From: an uncultured bacterium
GTDB lineage: Bacteria; Patescibacteriota; Minisyncoccia; Phycocordibacterales; GWA1-40-21
NCBI GenBank assembly: GCA_903832855.1
Contig: CAILDB010000014.1
Location: 128,144 to 192,143 of the forward strand
DNA length: 64,000 nucleotides
Direction: 5' to 3'
Made by a program: the position numbers and the translations under genes. Position 1 is the stretch's first letter. The number at the start of each line of letters is the position of its first letter. Positions 38,454 through 48,182 of this stretch are shown here, one piece after another. Under the pieces are notes generated by a model. That model worked only from the letters and a program-made list of their open reading frames with translations. It made no database searches and was not told the origin of the DNA.

Positions 38454-39857
38454 ATGACAGAAAATTTTTTTAAAAAAGCGAAAAATATTTATTTTATAGG
38501 GATTGGGGGGATAGGGATTTCTGCTATCGCGAGAATGATGTTTGGTGAAGGAAAGCAGGTGAGTGGTTCCGACTCTTCCGGCTCAGAAATAATAGAAGCG
38601 TTGAAAAAAGCCGGGGCAAAGATTTTTGTAGGGCATAATGCAAAAAACATTTCAAAGGATGTTGATTTGGTGATTTATACAGTAGCTATTTCAAAAGAAA
38701 ATCCGGAATTTTTGGAAGCGCAAAAAAGAAAGATAAAAACGATTACTTATGCCGAGGCACTTCACGAAATCTCAAAAGATAAATTTACAATTGCGGTTTC
38801 TGGAACTCACGGGAAAACAACAACGACGGCAATGATTGCAAAAGTTATGATTGATGCCGGACTTGATCCAACGGTGATTGTCGGTTCGCTTTTGAAAGAG
38901 TCAAAATCAAATTTTATTTCCGGAAAATCAAAATACTTTGTAGTAGAGGCCTGCGAATACAAAAGGTCTTTTTTGAACATCGAGCCGACAATTGCAACTA
39001 TCACAAATATTGATAACGATCATTTGGATTATTACAAAGATATTGCTGATATTCAGTCGGCTTTTAATGAGTTTGTAAAAAAAGTTCCGCAAAAAGGTTT
39101 TGTAGTTTGTGATCGTGAAGACAAAATTGTTTCGCCGGCACTTTCTGGAGTTTCCGGAAAAATTGTGAATTGGGCGGATTTTGACGCAAGTAAATTGAAA
39201 ATGAAAGTTCCGGGGAAGCATAATAAAAAAGACGCGAGTGTCGCACTTGCAGTGGCGCATATTTTGGGAATTGATAAGAAAAAAGCAATTAAATCCTTGG
39301 AAGATTTTTCTGGAACATGGAGAAGATTTGAATACAAAGGGGAGACGAAAGGTGGTGCGAAAGTTTACGATGACTACGGGCATCATCCGACGGAGATAAA
39401 GGCGACGCTTTTGGGCGCGCGCGAAATCTTTCCAAAAGAACGCATTGTGGTGGTCTTCCAACCACACCTTTTTTCTCGCACCAAGTTGCTCCTCCACGAT
39501 TTCGCGCGCGCCTTCAAATCCGCCGACGAAATTCTTCTTGCTCCCATTTTCCCAGCCCGCGAAGCCTTTGACCCCACAATTTCCTCCGATATTTTAGCCG
39601 ACGAAATCCGTCACTGTCATTCCCGCGCAGGCCGTGAGCTTGGGTTGGGACCCAAGCGCAAGATCGGAGCGCGACGGCGCGAGATGGGCCCTGCAGGCTT
39701 TTCAGCAGAAAAGCACTGTGGGGACCCATCCCCAGTCCTTTCTTTCCCCAATTTCCCCGAAATAGTAACCTATCTCAAAAAAACCCTCAAAAAAGGTGAC
39801 CTACTCATCACAATGGGCGCCGGCGATGCTTACAAAATTTACGATGACCTTGCATAG
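38454..39857 (+). CDS. murC: UDP-N-acetylmuramate--L-alanine ligase MurC carrying an in-frame ~48-aa insertion from a GC-rich repeat element
   Basis: IYFIGIGGIGISAIA, VSGTHGKTTTTAMIA, EACEYKRSF and NIDNDHLDYY are MurC signatures. The repeat-derived insert lies at about nt 39605-39745. Confidence 0.85.
   Translation: MTENFFKKAKNIYFIGIGGIGISAIARMMFGEGKQVSGSDSSGSEIIEALKKAGAKIFVGHNAKNISKDVDLVIYTVAISKENPEFLEAQKRKIKTITYAEALHEISKDKFTIAVSGTHGKTTTTAMIAKVMIDAGLDPTVIVGSLLKESKSNFISGKSKYFVVEACEYKRSFLNIEPTIATITNIDNDHLDYYKDIADIQSAFNEFVKKVPQKGFVVCDREDKIVSPALSGVSGKIVNWADFDASKLKMKVPGKHNKKDASVALAVAHILGIDKKKAIKSLEDFSGTWRRFEYKGETKGGAKVYDDYGHHPTEIKATLLGAREIFPKERIVVVFQPHLFSRTKLLLHDFARAFKSADEILLAPIFPAREAFDPTISSDILADEIRHCHSRAGRELGLGPKRKIGARRREMGPAGFSAEKHCGDPSPVLSFPNFPEIVTYLKKTLKKGDLLITMGAGDAYKIYDDLA
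39605..39745 (+). repeat. GC-rich palindromic repeat element inserted in-frame in murC (family A core ctgtcattcccgcgcaggc plus family B core cccaagcgcaagatcggagcgcgacggcgcgag)
   Basis: The family B core is near-identical to 27585-27636 and in inverted form to 27496-27549. The family A core resembles 3055-3083 and 44213-44290. The GC-rich stretch contrasts with the AT-rich gene body. Confidence 0.55.
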
Positions 39858-39960
39858 CAACTCTATATTTTATATAATGTACACATTGACAGCTAATATT
39901 TAATAGTCTAACTTTATGAGAGAAACATTTGATCCAACAAACCAGAGAGAAGGAGGAGAT

Positions 39961-40212
39961 ATGAATGCAGAAGTTGTTCTTACTGAGGAAATGAGAAATC
40001 TTGCCGAAAGACAAATTGAGGATCTCGGAAGGATTCGTTCGCAAGCAATTGCTGGACATGAGGGTTGGTTTGTGATGAATGCAAACGATGCAGCATATGC
40101 CAGCGAGCAAGGATCAAGCATATTTCTTTTGTCCGACGGATCTCATTATGCTGTGTATGCAGACGAAGCAGTGAGAGAAGGTCACAAAGTGATGTCACAA
40201 GAAATTGAATAA
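39961..40212 (+). CDS. Small acidic hypothetical protein (83 aa from the internal Met; ORF track 39916)
   Basis: AGGAGG lies 5 nt upstream of ATG 39961. A terminator hairpin follows at about 40218-40262. Confidence 0.35.
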   Translation: MNAEVVLTEEMRNLAERQIEDLGRIRSQAIAGHEGWFVMNANDAAYASEQGSSIFLLSDGSHYAVYADEAVREGHKVMSQEIE

Positions 40213-40289
40213 TTCTTGTCCGTAATTCCCCGAAGTCCCACAGTAATGTTGGGGCTTCTTTTTTTTCTAAAATATAGTAGATTATAGAT

Positions 40290-40970
40290 ATGACTGACTT
40301 TTTTGTAATAGGCACACCGATAGGAAATATGGAAGACATCACACTTCGTGCGGTGAGAATTTTGAGTGAGGTGGATTTGATATTGTGTGAGGACACCAGA
40401 GTTACAAAAAATCTGCTAAATAAATATTCAATTTCAAAGCCGACAATGAGCTATCATTCACAAAGCAAACTTTCCAAAATTGATTATATTATTTCACTTC
40501 TCAAAGAAGGCAAAAATCTTGCGCTTGTTTCGGACGCAGGTACGCCAACAATTTCTGACCCAGGATCTCTTCTCGTTTCGCATATTTTGAAGGAAGCGCC
40601 GGAAGTAAAAATAATTACAATCCCAGGTCCTTCTGCTTTGGTTTCGGCCTTATCTATTTCAGGATTTCCTTCATCTGATTTTTTGTTTCTAGGATTTTTG
40701 CCACACAAAAAAGGCAGGGAAACTTTGTTCAAAGAAATTGCAAATTCAGAAAGAACAGTTGTTTTTTATGAATCTCCACACAGAATAATGAAAACTCTTG
40801 ATTCTCTCAAAAAACATTTACCTGAAAGAAAAATAATGATAGCTCGCGAACTTACCAAAATTTATGAAGAAACCGCTTTCGGAATTCCAGAAGAAGTGGA
40901 AAAATATTTTGTGGATAATAAAGACAAAGTCAGAGGGGAGTTTGTAGTAGTAATTTCTCCCAAAAAATAA
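40290..40970 (+). CDS. rsmI: 16S rRNA (cytidine1402-2'-O)-methyltransferase RsmI (tetrapyrrole-methylase fold)
   Basis: VIGTPIGNMEDITLRAV, CEDTRVTKNLL, LVSDAGTPTISDPG, IPGPSALVSAL and FLGFLPHKK are present. Confidence 0.85.
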   Translation: MTDFFVIGTPIGNMEDITLRAVRILSEVDLILCEDTRVTKNLLNKYSISKPTMSYHSQSKLSKIDYIISLLKEGKNLALVSDAGTPTISDPGSLLVSHILKEAPEVKIITIPGPSALVSALSISGFPSSDFLFLGFLPHKKGRETLFKEIANSERTVVFYESPHRIMKTLDSLKKHLPERKIMIARELTKIYEETAFGIPEEVEKYFVDNKDKVRGEFVVVISPKK

Positions 40971-41106
40971 AAAGAGCGAATTTTTCTGACTGGAAAAAAT
41001 GTATTGAGAAAGACATTGGAAGGCGTGGCTGACGCCGGACATAAGAAATTTTTAGCAAAAAATTTCTGCGTCTTTTCGAGATATATTTTTGTAAGGAGGA
41101 AAAATT
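40961..41106 (+). repeat. 145-nt structured element bounded by a perfect 16-bp inverted repeat (AAAAGAGCGAATTTTT / AAAAATTCGCTCTTTT) with internal hairpins; ends in a T-run (complex terminator or candidate sRNA)
   Basis: Internal hairpins are ggcgt-ggctg-acgcc and agaaattttt-agc-aaaaatttct. It lies directly after the rsmI stop. Confidence 0.35.
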
Positions 41107-41161
41107 CGCTCTTTTTATTATTTTCTGATATAATAACACCCTTAATAATTAACAAAATAAT

Positions 41162-41386
41162 ATGATAAAAATTTCATCGATTTCAATACTTGGATTTTTG
41201 GTAATGATTATTCCTTTCACAGGTTTTCCATATGGTTTTAAAATGTTTTTGTACATTGTTTTTGGTCTAGCAATCCTTGTTCTTTCTATTCTTATAAGAA
41301 GAGAACTTCACGAAGTCTTGAAAACTTTACATCCTGGCACCACTCCAAAGAACGACACATTTGTTGAAAGCGAACCGGAGAAATAA
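41162..41386 (+). CDS. Small (74 aa) two-TM membrane protein
   Basis: Hydrophobic segments ISILGFLVMIIPF and FLYIVFGLAILVLSILI. Confidence 0.4.
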   Translation: MIKISSISILGFLVMIIPFTGFPYGFKMFLYIVFGLAILVLSILIRRELHEVLKTLHPGTTPKNDTFVESEPEK

Positions 41387-41397
41387 TAAGAACAAAA

Positions 41398-42600
41398 ATG
41401 AGAATAAAAAAGAGAGCAATACTCAAAGGCGGATATGTTTATTTCATTGTTTTTTCCGCTCTGATTATTGCTCTTTTTTATTTCATAACTCCCATACTTT
41501 TTCCTTCATCTTTTGTAGTGGGCGATATTAAGTTGCAAGAAAAAAAGCCAGAAGTTCCAGAAGTAATTCATATCAAAACCCCTGCTCAAGTGCACGCAAT
41601 TTATATGACATCTTGTGCCGCATCAAGTTTAACTTTTAGACAAAAACTTGTGGAAATTGCATCAACCACAGAAATAAATTCTATTGTCATAGATGTGAAA
41701 GACTACACCGGGACGATCTCTTTTGATTCAGAAAATTCTTTGCTAAAAGGAAATGAGGGTCTTGGTTGCAAAGTTCCTGATTTAAAAGATTTGGTAAAAC
41801 AGCTTCATGAAAAAGGTATTTATGTCATAGCCAGAATTTCTTCTTTTCAGGATAGCTATCTTGTAAAGATTCATCCGGAACTTGCTGTAAAAAAGGCGAG
41901 CGATGGAAGTGTGTGGCAAGATTTCAAGGGTGTAAAATGGCTCGATGCGGGTTCCAAAGATGTCTGGGATTACCTCGTTGCTATCGGCAGAGAATCATAC
42001 GCACTCGGTTTTGATGAATTAAATTTTGACTACATACGATTTCCTTCAGACGGAAATATGAAAGATATTTATTTTCCTTACAGTAATAAGTTGGTTAAGC
42101 ACGAAGTGATGAGAAGTTTTTTCAAATATCTACGACAAAACCTCAACGATCTCAAGGTTCCACTTTCTGCCGATATGTTTGGAATGGTTACGACGACAAA
42201 TTTTGATTTAAATATCGGCCAGATGCTTGAAGATGCTTTGCCATATTTTGATTATATTAGCCCGATGGTTTATCCTTCACATTATCCAGCCACATGGAAT
42301 GGTTTTGCAAATCCTGCGGATCATCCTTACGAAGTCATCAAACTTTCAATGGAAGGTGCAATATTAAAAGTTGCCAACTTACAATCAGCGACCACGACGA
42401 GCACAAGCACTGATGATATCCAGGTAAAAATTTCTACAAAACAAATTCGCCCTTGGCTTCAGGATTTTAATCTTGGTGCAACTTACACGGCAGATATGGT
42501 AAGAGCTCAAATCCAAGCAACATATGATGTCGGCCTTGATTCTTGGATGCTTTGGAACGCAAGCAATAGATATACAAAATCCGCATTACTTCCAAAATAG
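41398..42600 (+). CDS. Membrane-anchored putative glycoside hydrolase (GHL10/DUF4015-like TIM-barrel)
   Basis: An N-terminal TM is followed by IVIDVKDYTGT...LHEKGIYVIARI...GFDELNFDYIRFP, which resembles the putative glycosyl hydrolase-like 10 family. Confidence 0.45.
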   Translation: MRIKKRAILKGGYVYFIVFSALIIALFYFITPILFPSSFVVGDIKLQEKKPEVPEVIHIKTPAQVHAIYMTSCAASSLTFRQKLVEIASTTEINSIVIDVKDYTGTISFDSENSLLKGNEGLGCKVPDLKDLVKQLHEKGIYVIARISSFQDSYLVKIHPELAVKKASDGSVWQDFKGVKWLDAGSKDVWDYLVAIGRESYALGFDELNFDYIRFPSDGNMKDIYFPYSNKLVKHEVMRSFFKYLRQNLNDLKVPLSADMFGMVTTTNFDLNIGQMLEDALPYFDYISPMVYPSHYPATWNGFANPADHPYEVIKLSMEGAILKVANLQSATTTSTSTDDIQVKISTKQIRPWLQDFNLGATYTADMVRAQIQATYDVGLDSWMLWNASNRYTKSALLPK

Positions 42601-42622
42601 TTTGTGATATAATTATTTATAA

Positions 42623-44476
42623 ATGGACCCAGAAAAAGTAACATATTTTGCCGAGACCGACTCTAGAAATAAAAGAGTTAAATTTGGTATAAAAACAAAA
42701 GACAGAGCTCGTCATATGTATGTCATCGGAAAGACAGGTATGGGAAAGTCAACCTTGCTTGAAAATATGGCGATTCAAGATATTCAAAACGGTGAGGGCT
42801 TGGCATTTATTGATCCACACGGAAAGACAGCAGAACTCCTTCTCGAATATGTTCCGCCAGAAAGAATGAAAGATGTTTTGTATTTTGCACCTTTTGATCT
42901 TGAATATCCCGTTTCTTTTAATGTAATGGAAGATGTCGGTCCAGAAAAAAGACACTTGGTGGTGTCTGGACTTATGAGTACTTTCAAAAAGATTTGGGAG
43001 GATGCCTGGTCCGCGAGAATGGAATATATTTTGACCAATACTATTTTGGCACTTCTAGAATTTCCCGGTGCCACACTCCTCGGAGTAAATAGAATGCTTT
43101 CTGATAAGGAATTTAGAAAGACAGTTGTGGATAATATTAAAGATCCATCTGTTAAATCTTTTTGGGTAGATGAGTTTGCAAAATATACCGACAAATTTGC
43201 TGCCGAAGCCACACCGGCAATTCAAAACAAAGTTGGTCAATTTACATCAAATCCGCTCATTAGAAACATAGTTGGCCAAGAAAAATCTTCTTTTGATATT
43301 AGAAAAATAATGGATGAAAAAAAGATTTTAATAATAAACTTGTCAAAAGGAAGAGTGGGGGAGACGAATGCAATGCTTCTAGGAAGTATGCTTGTGACCA
43401 AAATTTATCTTGCAGCTATGTCTCGTGCTGATATTCAAGAAAAAGAACTGAAAAAATTGCCGAACTTTTATTTATATGTAGATGAATTTCAATCTTTTGC
43501 AAATGAATCTTTCGCAAACATTCTTTCCGAGGCCAGAAAATACAAACTCAACCTTACGATTACGCACCAATACATTGAGCAGATGCCGGAGGAAGTACGC
43601 GCCGCTGTTTTCGGTAACGTTGGAACAATGGTTACATTTAGAGTCGGTGCTTTTGATGCAGAAGTTCTCGAAAAAGAATTTGCTCCACAGTTTACCGCCG
43701 AGGATTTGGTGAACCTTGGAATTTTTCAAATTTATTTGAAGTTGATGATTGACGGTGCTTCCTCGACTCCTTTTTCTGGTGCGACACTTCCTCCATTTCC
43801 TGAACCCGTAATTTCATACAAAAGAGAAATAATAGAAGAGTCCAGAAAGCAGTTTGCTCACCCGCGCGCTGTGGTGGAGGATTTAATACAAAAGTGGTTT
43901 ACTTCAAATCATAAGACAGTGAGTCCTCCTACTCCTAAAACATTTTCACCTGTTCAGACCGTGAGTGCAGTTCCTGTAATTAAACCACAAGAAAAGATTG
44001 TTCCAAATGTAAATAATAATGTAAATGGAAATTTGAACAGGGATAGGAGACCTGAACAAAATCTGCCTAAAAAGGACTTTCAAAGACCATCACCACAGGT
44101 TCAAAAATCAGTACCTCAAGCTCCTCCCCCAATTGAAGATGGAGGTGACGAAGGCTTTTTGCCTTTGAAAGAAATGGTGAAAAATGTTACAGCTTCCTCT
44201 GTCAATTCCCCTCTGTCATCCTCGCGAATGCGTGGATCCAGTCCCTCTGTCCTTCCTTCTTCTCTGTCATCCCAGCGGAGGCTGGGATCCATCCCCTCTG
44301 TTTCTTCCGATCTAAAATCCGCTCTCGAAGCCGCCGTTGGAAAAATCCCAGATAATAATATGGCAAGGTCTGACCTTGCCATAGGTAAATCCCCAGTAAA
44401 AGAAATCCCCGAAAAAGAATTGAGGCAAATGTTGCATGTAGAAAAACCGAAAGAGCAAGATGGATTTCAAAAATAA
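42623..44476 (+). CDS. VirD4/TraG/TraD-like (T4CP/HerA-like) P-loop ATPase, paralog of the C-terminal half of the 16463 gene, with a disordered Pro/Ser-rich C-terminal tail containing repeat elements
   Basis: Walker A is VIGKTGMGKSTLL. IDPHG, YLYVDEFQSF and EARKYKLNLTITHQYIEQM...FGNVGTM are present. There is no N-terminal TM. Confidence 0.5.
   Translation: MDPEKVTYFAETDSRNKRVKFGIKTKDRARHMYVIGKTGMGKSTLLENMAIQDIQNGEGLAFIDPHGKTAELLLEYVPPERMKDVLYFAPFDLEYPVSFNVMEDVGPEKRHLVVSGLMSTFKKIWEDAWSARMEYILTNTILALLEFPGATLLGVNRMLSDKEFRKTVVDNIKDPSVKSFWVDEFAKYTDKFAAEATPAIQNKVGQFTSNPLIRNIVGQEKSSFDIRKIMDEKKILIINLSKGRVGETNAMLLGSMLVTKIYLAAMSRADIQEKELKKLPNFYLYVDEFQSFANESFANILSEARKYKLNLTITHQYIEQMPEEVRAAVFGNVGTMVTFRVGAFDAEVLEKEFAPQFTAEDLVNLGIFQIYLKLMIDGASSTPFSGATLPPFPEPVISYKREIIEESRKQFAHPRAVVEDLIQKWFTSNHKTVSPPTPKTFSPVQTVSAVPVIKPQEKIVPNVNNNVNGNLNRDRRPEQNLPKKDFQRPSPQVQKSVPQAPPPIEDGGDEGFLPLKEMVKNVTASSVNSPLSSSRMRGSSPSVLPSSLSSQRRLGSIPSVSSDLKSALEAAVGKIPDNNMARSDLAIGKSPVKEIPEKELRQMLHVEKPKEQDGFQK
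44213..44290 (+). repeat. Two tandem family A palindromic repeat units (ctgtcatcctcgcgaatgcgtggatcc and ctgtcatcccagcggaggctgggatcc) inside the ATPase C-terminal tail
   Basis: Each unit is a short GC-rich hairpin (atcccagc-ggag-gctgggat). They translate in-frame as SSRMRGSSPSV and SQRRLGSIPSV. Confidence 0.5.
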
Positions 44477-45806
44477 AAAAATTACAGTAATGGGCCTTGG
44501 ACTTCTCGGCAGGGCACTCGGAGATATTTCTTATCTTGCACAAAAAGGTGCGGATATTATTGTTACAGATTTAAAAACAGAAAAAGAGCTCGCACCAAGC
44601 ATTAAGGCATTAAAAAAATACAAGAATATTAAATATCATCTCGGCGGACACTCGGTGGAGGATTTTAAAAATAGAGATATTGTTTTGCACGCACCAAACG
44701 CACCAAGAGATTCTATTTATTTAGAAACAGCGAGAAAAAATGGTGCTCTTGTTACACAGGGCACCGCACTTTTTGCATCTCTCACTCACGGAACTATCCT
44801 AGGAATTACTGGTACAAGAGGGAAGTCCACGACGACTCATTTGATTTATCATATTTTGAAAAAATACCTTAGGAGCAAAAAGCAAAAAGTTTTTCTTGGC
44901 GGAAATGTGAAAGGCGTCTCAACACTTGCGATGATAGATAAGGTGAAGAAGGGCGATATCGTAGTGATGGAACTTGATTCTTGGCAACTTGAAAGTTTTG
45001 GTAAACTTGGAATTAGTCCGAAGTATGCCGGGGTCACCACTTTTATGCCCGACCACCTCAATTATTATAAAGGAAATCTTGATGCGTACCTTGAAGACAA
45101 AGCACAAATATTTTTACACCAAAAAAGTTCTGATTTTCTGGTGCTTGGGGAAAGCGTGGCGGACATTATTATGAAAAAATATGGAGCAAAAATAAAAAGT
45201 GAAATAATAATTGCCAAGAAAGATGATGCAAAAAAATACAAAATAAAAATACCAGGAGAACATAATTTAGATAATATTTCTGTAGCGATAGAACTCTGCA
45301 AAAAACTCAAAATTCCAGAAAAAATAATCAAACTTGGAGTAGAAAGTTACCGTGGAATAGAAGGTCGCTTGGAATTTGTAAAAACCGTAAAAGGCGTCAA
45401 AATATACAATGATACCTGTGCCACGACCCCCGATGCCACTCTTATGGGCCTCCGGGCACTTTCCGAGGGTAAAAATGCCTCCGGAAGCCCCAAAATAGCC
45501 CTTATTATGGGTGGAGCAGACAAACAGATAGATATGAGCAGATTGACCAAATATGTCGCAAAATACGCAAAAACAGTCGTTCTTTTGCCAGGCACTGGGA
45601 GTGACAAAGTAAGAGAAATTTTGAGACAAAAAGTTGCCTATTTTTACGAAGCTAATACACTCAAATCTGCCGTTTTAGTAGCACAAAAACTTTCCAAAAA
45701 AGGTGATATAATTTTATTTAGCCCGGCTTTTGCATCTTTCGGAATGTTTGCAAACGAATTTGACCGCGGAGAAAAATTTCTGGAAATTGTAAAGAAATTA
45801 AAATAA
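44460..45806 (+). CDS. murD: UDP-N-acetylmuramoylalanine--D-glutamate ligase MurD
   Basis: KITVMGLGLLGRALGDISYLAQKGADIIVTDLK and GITGTRGKSTTTHLI are MurD signatures. Confidence 0.85.
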   Translation: MDFKNKKITVMGLGLLGRALGDISYLAQKGADIIVTDLKTEKELAPSIKALKKYKNIKYHLGGHSVEDFKNRDIVLHAPNAPRDSIYLETARKNGALVTQGTALFASLTHGTILGITGTRGKSTTTHLIYHILKKYLRSKKQKVFLGGNVKGVSTLAMIDKVKKGDIVVMELDSWQLESFGKLGISPKYAGVTTFMPDHLNYYKGNLDAYLEDKAQIFLHQKSSDFLVLGESVADIIMKKYGAKIKSEIIIAKKDDAKKYKIKIPGEHNLDNISVAIELCKKLKIPEKIIKLGVESYRGIEGRLEFVKTVKGVKIYNDTCATTPDATLMGLRALSEGKNASGSPKIALIMGGADKQIDMSRLTKYVAKYAKTVVLLPGTGSDKVREILRQKVAYFYEANTLKSAVLVAQKLSKKGDIILFSPAFASFGMFANEFDRGEKFLEIVKKLK

Positions 45807-46571
45807 TGATTTTAACACTCTTAATTTTGCCCAAGACATTGCCCAAAACCAGTTTGGATACTTTCCAAAATTTTTCCAAATAATCATCAAATGATTCCAC
45901 GCCATTGAAATTTTTCTCTGATGAGAAAATCCTTGTGAGTGTCTGGTATAGGAGGTAGTAATTTCTTCTAAATTTTTCATTTTTCCAAATTTTCCTAATC
46001 TTAAAAACAAATCTAGATCCTCAACACAAGAAAGTTCGTTGTCATATCCGCCAACTTTTTCTATCATATCTTTTCTCATCATTACACTGGAGTGAGCGAT
46101 CTGATTATCTTTAAGTATTTTTTTTCTAATTTCCAAATCTTCTGTTTCAAAGTCGGTATCTTTTATGAAATTACCATTCTCATCTATAATTTTAATATTT
46201 GAACCAACCAAAATGTAATCGGGATTGTTTTTAAGAAAATCAAATTGTTTTTGAAGTTTATTTTTGTCAGTCCAGAAATCATCACTATCAAGCACTGCAA
46301 TATATTTTCCGCTAGTCATGGAGAGTGCTTTATTTCGATTTCCTGAAATTCCTAGAGCAGGGGAGTTTTTAAAATATTTTATTCTGTTATCTTTACTTAC
46401 AAAATTCTTAATGATTTTTTCCGTACCGTCTTGCGAATCATCATCACCAATCAAAAGTTCGAAGTCCGAGAAAGTTTGATTTAAAACACTTTGAATAGCT
46501 TTAGCGATGAAACCTGCCCTATTTCTAGTTATTGTGATTACGCTTATTTTTGGTTTTATATTTGTATCCAT
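45798..46571 (-). CDS. Glycosyltransferase family 2
   Basis: ISVITITRNRAGFIAKAIQSVLNQTF, LLIGDDDSQDGT and VLDSDDFW carry the DxD motif. Confidence 0.75.
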   Translation of the reverse strand: MDTNIKPKISVITITRNRAGFIAKAIQSVLNQTFSDFELLIGDDDSQDGTEKIIKNFVSKDNRIKYFKNSPALGISGNRNKALSMTSGKYIAVLDSDDFWTDKNKLQKQFDFLKNNPDYILVGSNIKIIDENGNFIKDTDFETEDLEIRKKILKDNQIAHSSVMMRKDMIEKVGGYDNELSCVEDLDLFLRLGKFGKMKNLEEITTSYTRHSQGFSHQRKISMAWNHLMIIWKNFGKYPNWFWAMSWAKLRVLKSLF

Positions 46572-47422
46572 TCTTTTGGTATTAAATCTATTTGGTCAAC
46601 AGTTTTATTAGCGATCCACTGTCTTGGAACAATCACAATTTTATCATGATTTGGATTAAGCCATGCACCCCACCAAGAAAAAGTGGAATTTGCAAGAATA
46701 TGGTGTGAACACTTGCTCATTAAGATAATTTCTTCATAATCCGGAATGTTTGGGTTTGAAACAAAATATATAGGGCAAGTTAATCTTAAATTTTCTTTTG
46801 CCCAAACGATATCGTCGGAAAAAACAAAAACAGCTATTTTTGGTAAATACTTTGACATTAAAAGACTGACGGCTTTCTCATAGTAGGGAATTCCAAGTAG
46901 GCCATTGTATGCTGCCGAGTGAGGATTAGATACAAAATCACCTCTACGAATATGTAAAGATACTGGAATCTCGCCTTTTAACAAACAGTCAGACATCTGA
47001 GCCACTATTTTTTTTGACGAATCACAGTATGGATTTTTTAAAGACAAATCTTTACGGATAATGTCCTCATACTTCAAGAAATATTTTTGATTTGCCCAGT
47101 ATCCCTCAAAATAGGATAATTTTGAATTCATGAAAGAAGGGTAGTATGTATATTCATCTATTTTTTTTATTCTTCTATAAAGTTTTTTTAGGAATACTTT
47201 AAATTTTGAATTGTATTTCTTATATATTTCCTCAGATGAAAAACTTGCTTCAATATTGAATTTATCAAGTATAAGTTCTCTTTTTGCATCACGCTCTGGT
47301 TGGTTTTTATAATAAAAAGTATCTAAAAATAATAGCTCTTTGCGTTTCAAGGACAAAGCTCTTCCGAAGGCATATTGAAACATTTGATTACCAAGACCAG
47401 CCTTTATTTTAATTATTGTCAT
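46556..47422 (-). CDS. GT11-family alpha-1,2-fucosyltransferase-like glycosyltransferase
   Basis: IKIKAGLGNQMFQYAFGRAL and HIRRGDFV are GT11 signatures. Confidence 0.7.
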   Translation of the reverse strand: MTIIKIKAGLGNQMFQYAFGRALSLKRKELLFLDTFYYKNQPERDAKRELILDKFNIEASFSSEEIYKKYNSKFKVFLKKLYRRIKKIDEYTYYPSFMNSKLSYFEGYWANQKYFLKYEDIIRKDLSLKNPYCDSSKKIVAQMSDCLLKGEIPVSLHIRRGDFVSNPHSAAYNGLLGIPYYEKAVSLLMSKYLPKIAVFVFSDDIVWAKENLRLTCPIYFVSNPNIPDYEEIILMSKCSHHILANSTFSWWGAWLNPNHDKIVIVPRQWIANKTVDQIDLIPKEWIQI

Positions 47423-48182
47423 TTTTTTTAAAGAAAAATATTAAATTTTCATTATTTCTCAATATTTTTCTAGGGCTTTTATTGTTTCTGTTTAAAAAAT
47501 AGTCGCCACTACCTTTAATAAATATTGTTTTAAAACCACATTTGTTCGCAATTAAATTCATTTCCCAAGACGGAATAGGATTAATATGGTAACTAAAACA
47601 ATTAGGGGTGAACCATTTAAAATATCCTGTAAATAAAAACATAATTTTACTCTGTAAAGATAGGACATTTGGAGTCGTAATAATCATAACGCCATCATTT
47701 TTTAAGAGTTTTTTTGCATCCCTAAAGATTTTCCATGGATTTTCAATATGTTCAATAATTTCTTGACAAAGAACTATATCAAATATTTTATCTGGAAAGG
47801 GGATTGATGTATTTTGGTTTAAATCAAATTTAATATTTTTCGCATCGTTTGAAACAATCTCAATGTCTAGGTTATAAATGTCAAAATTAGCCGCTTCATA
47901 AATAGAGGAGACCTGGCTAATACCACCACCCATACTTAAAATTTTATTTCCGTTTATTATATTATTTTCTCTAAATTTTATAATCTCCACTATTATTGTC
48001 TCTAGTACACCGGGTGAAGCGTGGCAATATAGACAATCTACAAGATATTTAAATCCACAATATATAAAACTTCTCTCCTTATGTTGGAAAGTTTGTTTTA
48101 ATTTTGAAATTATTTCTAAATCCCTTGGTTTAATGACGACCAAATTTAGAAATCTCAAGATGTTTTTTATTTTTTCTTTCAT
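47409..48182 (-). CDS. Class I SAM-dependent methyltransferase
   Basis: ILSMGGGISQ (motif I) and DIVLCQEIIEHIENP...LKNDGVMIITTPN are present. Confidence 0.6.
   Translation of the reverse strand: MKEKIKNILRFLNLVVIKPRDLEIISKLKQTFQHKERSFIYCGFKYLVDCLYCHASPGVLETIIVEIIKFRENNIINGNKILSMGGGISQVSSIYEAANFDIYNLDIEIVSNDAKNIKFDLNQNTSIPFPDKIFDIVLCQEIIEHIENPWKIFRDAKKLLKNDGVMIITTPNVLSLQSKIMFLFTGYFKWFTPNCFSYHINPIPSWEMNLIANKCGFKTIFIKGSGDYFLNRNNKSPRKILRNNENLIFFFKKNDNN

Noticed and set aside
44202-44543. 113-aa minus-strand ORF overlapping the ATPase tail and the murD start
   Set aside because: It runs through the family A palindromic repeats. These read similarly on both strands (for example WIPASAGMTE), so it is a repeat-generated artefact.
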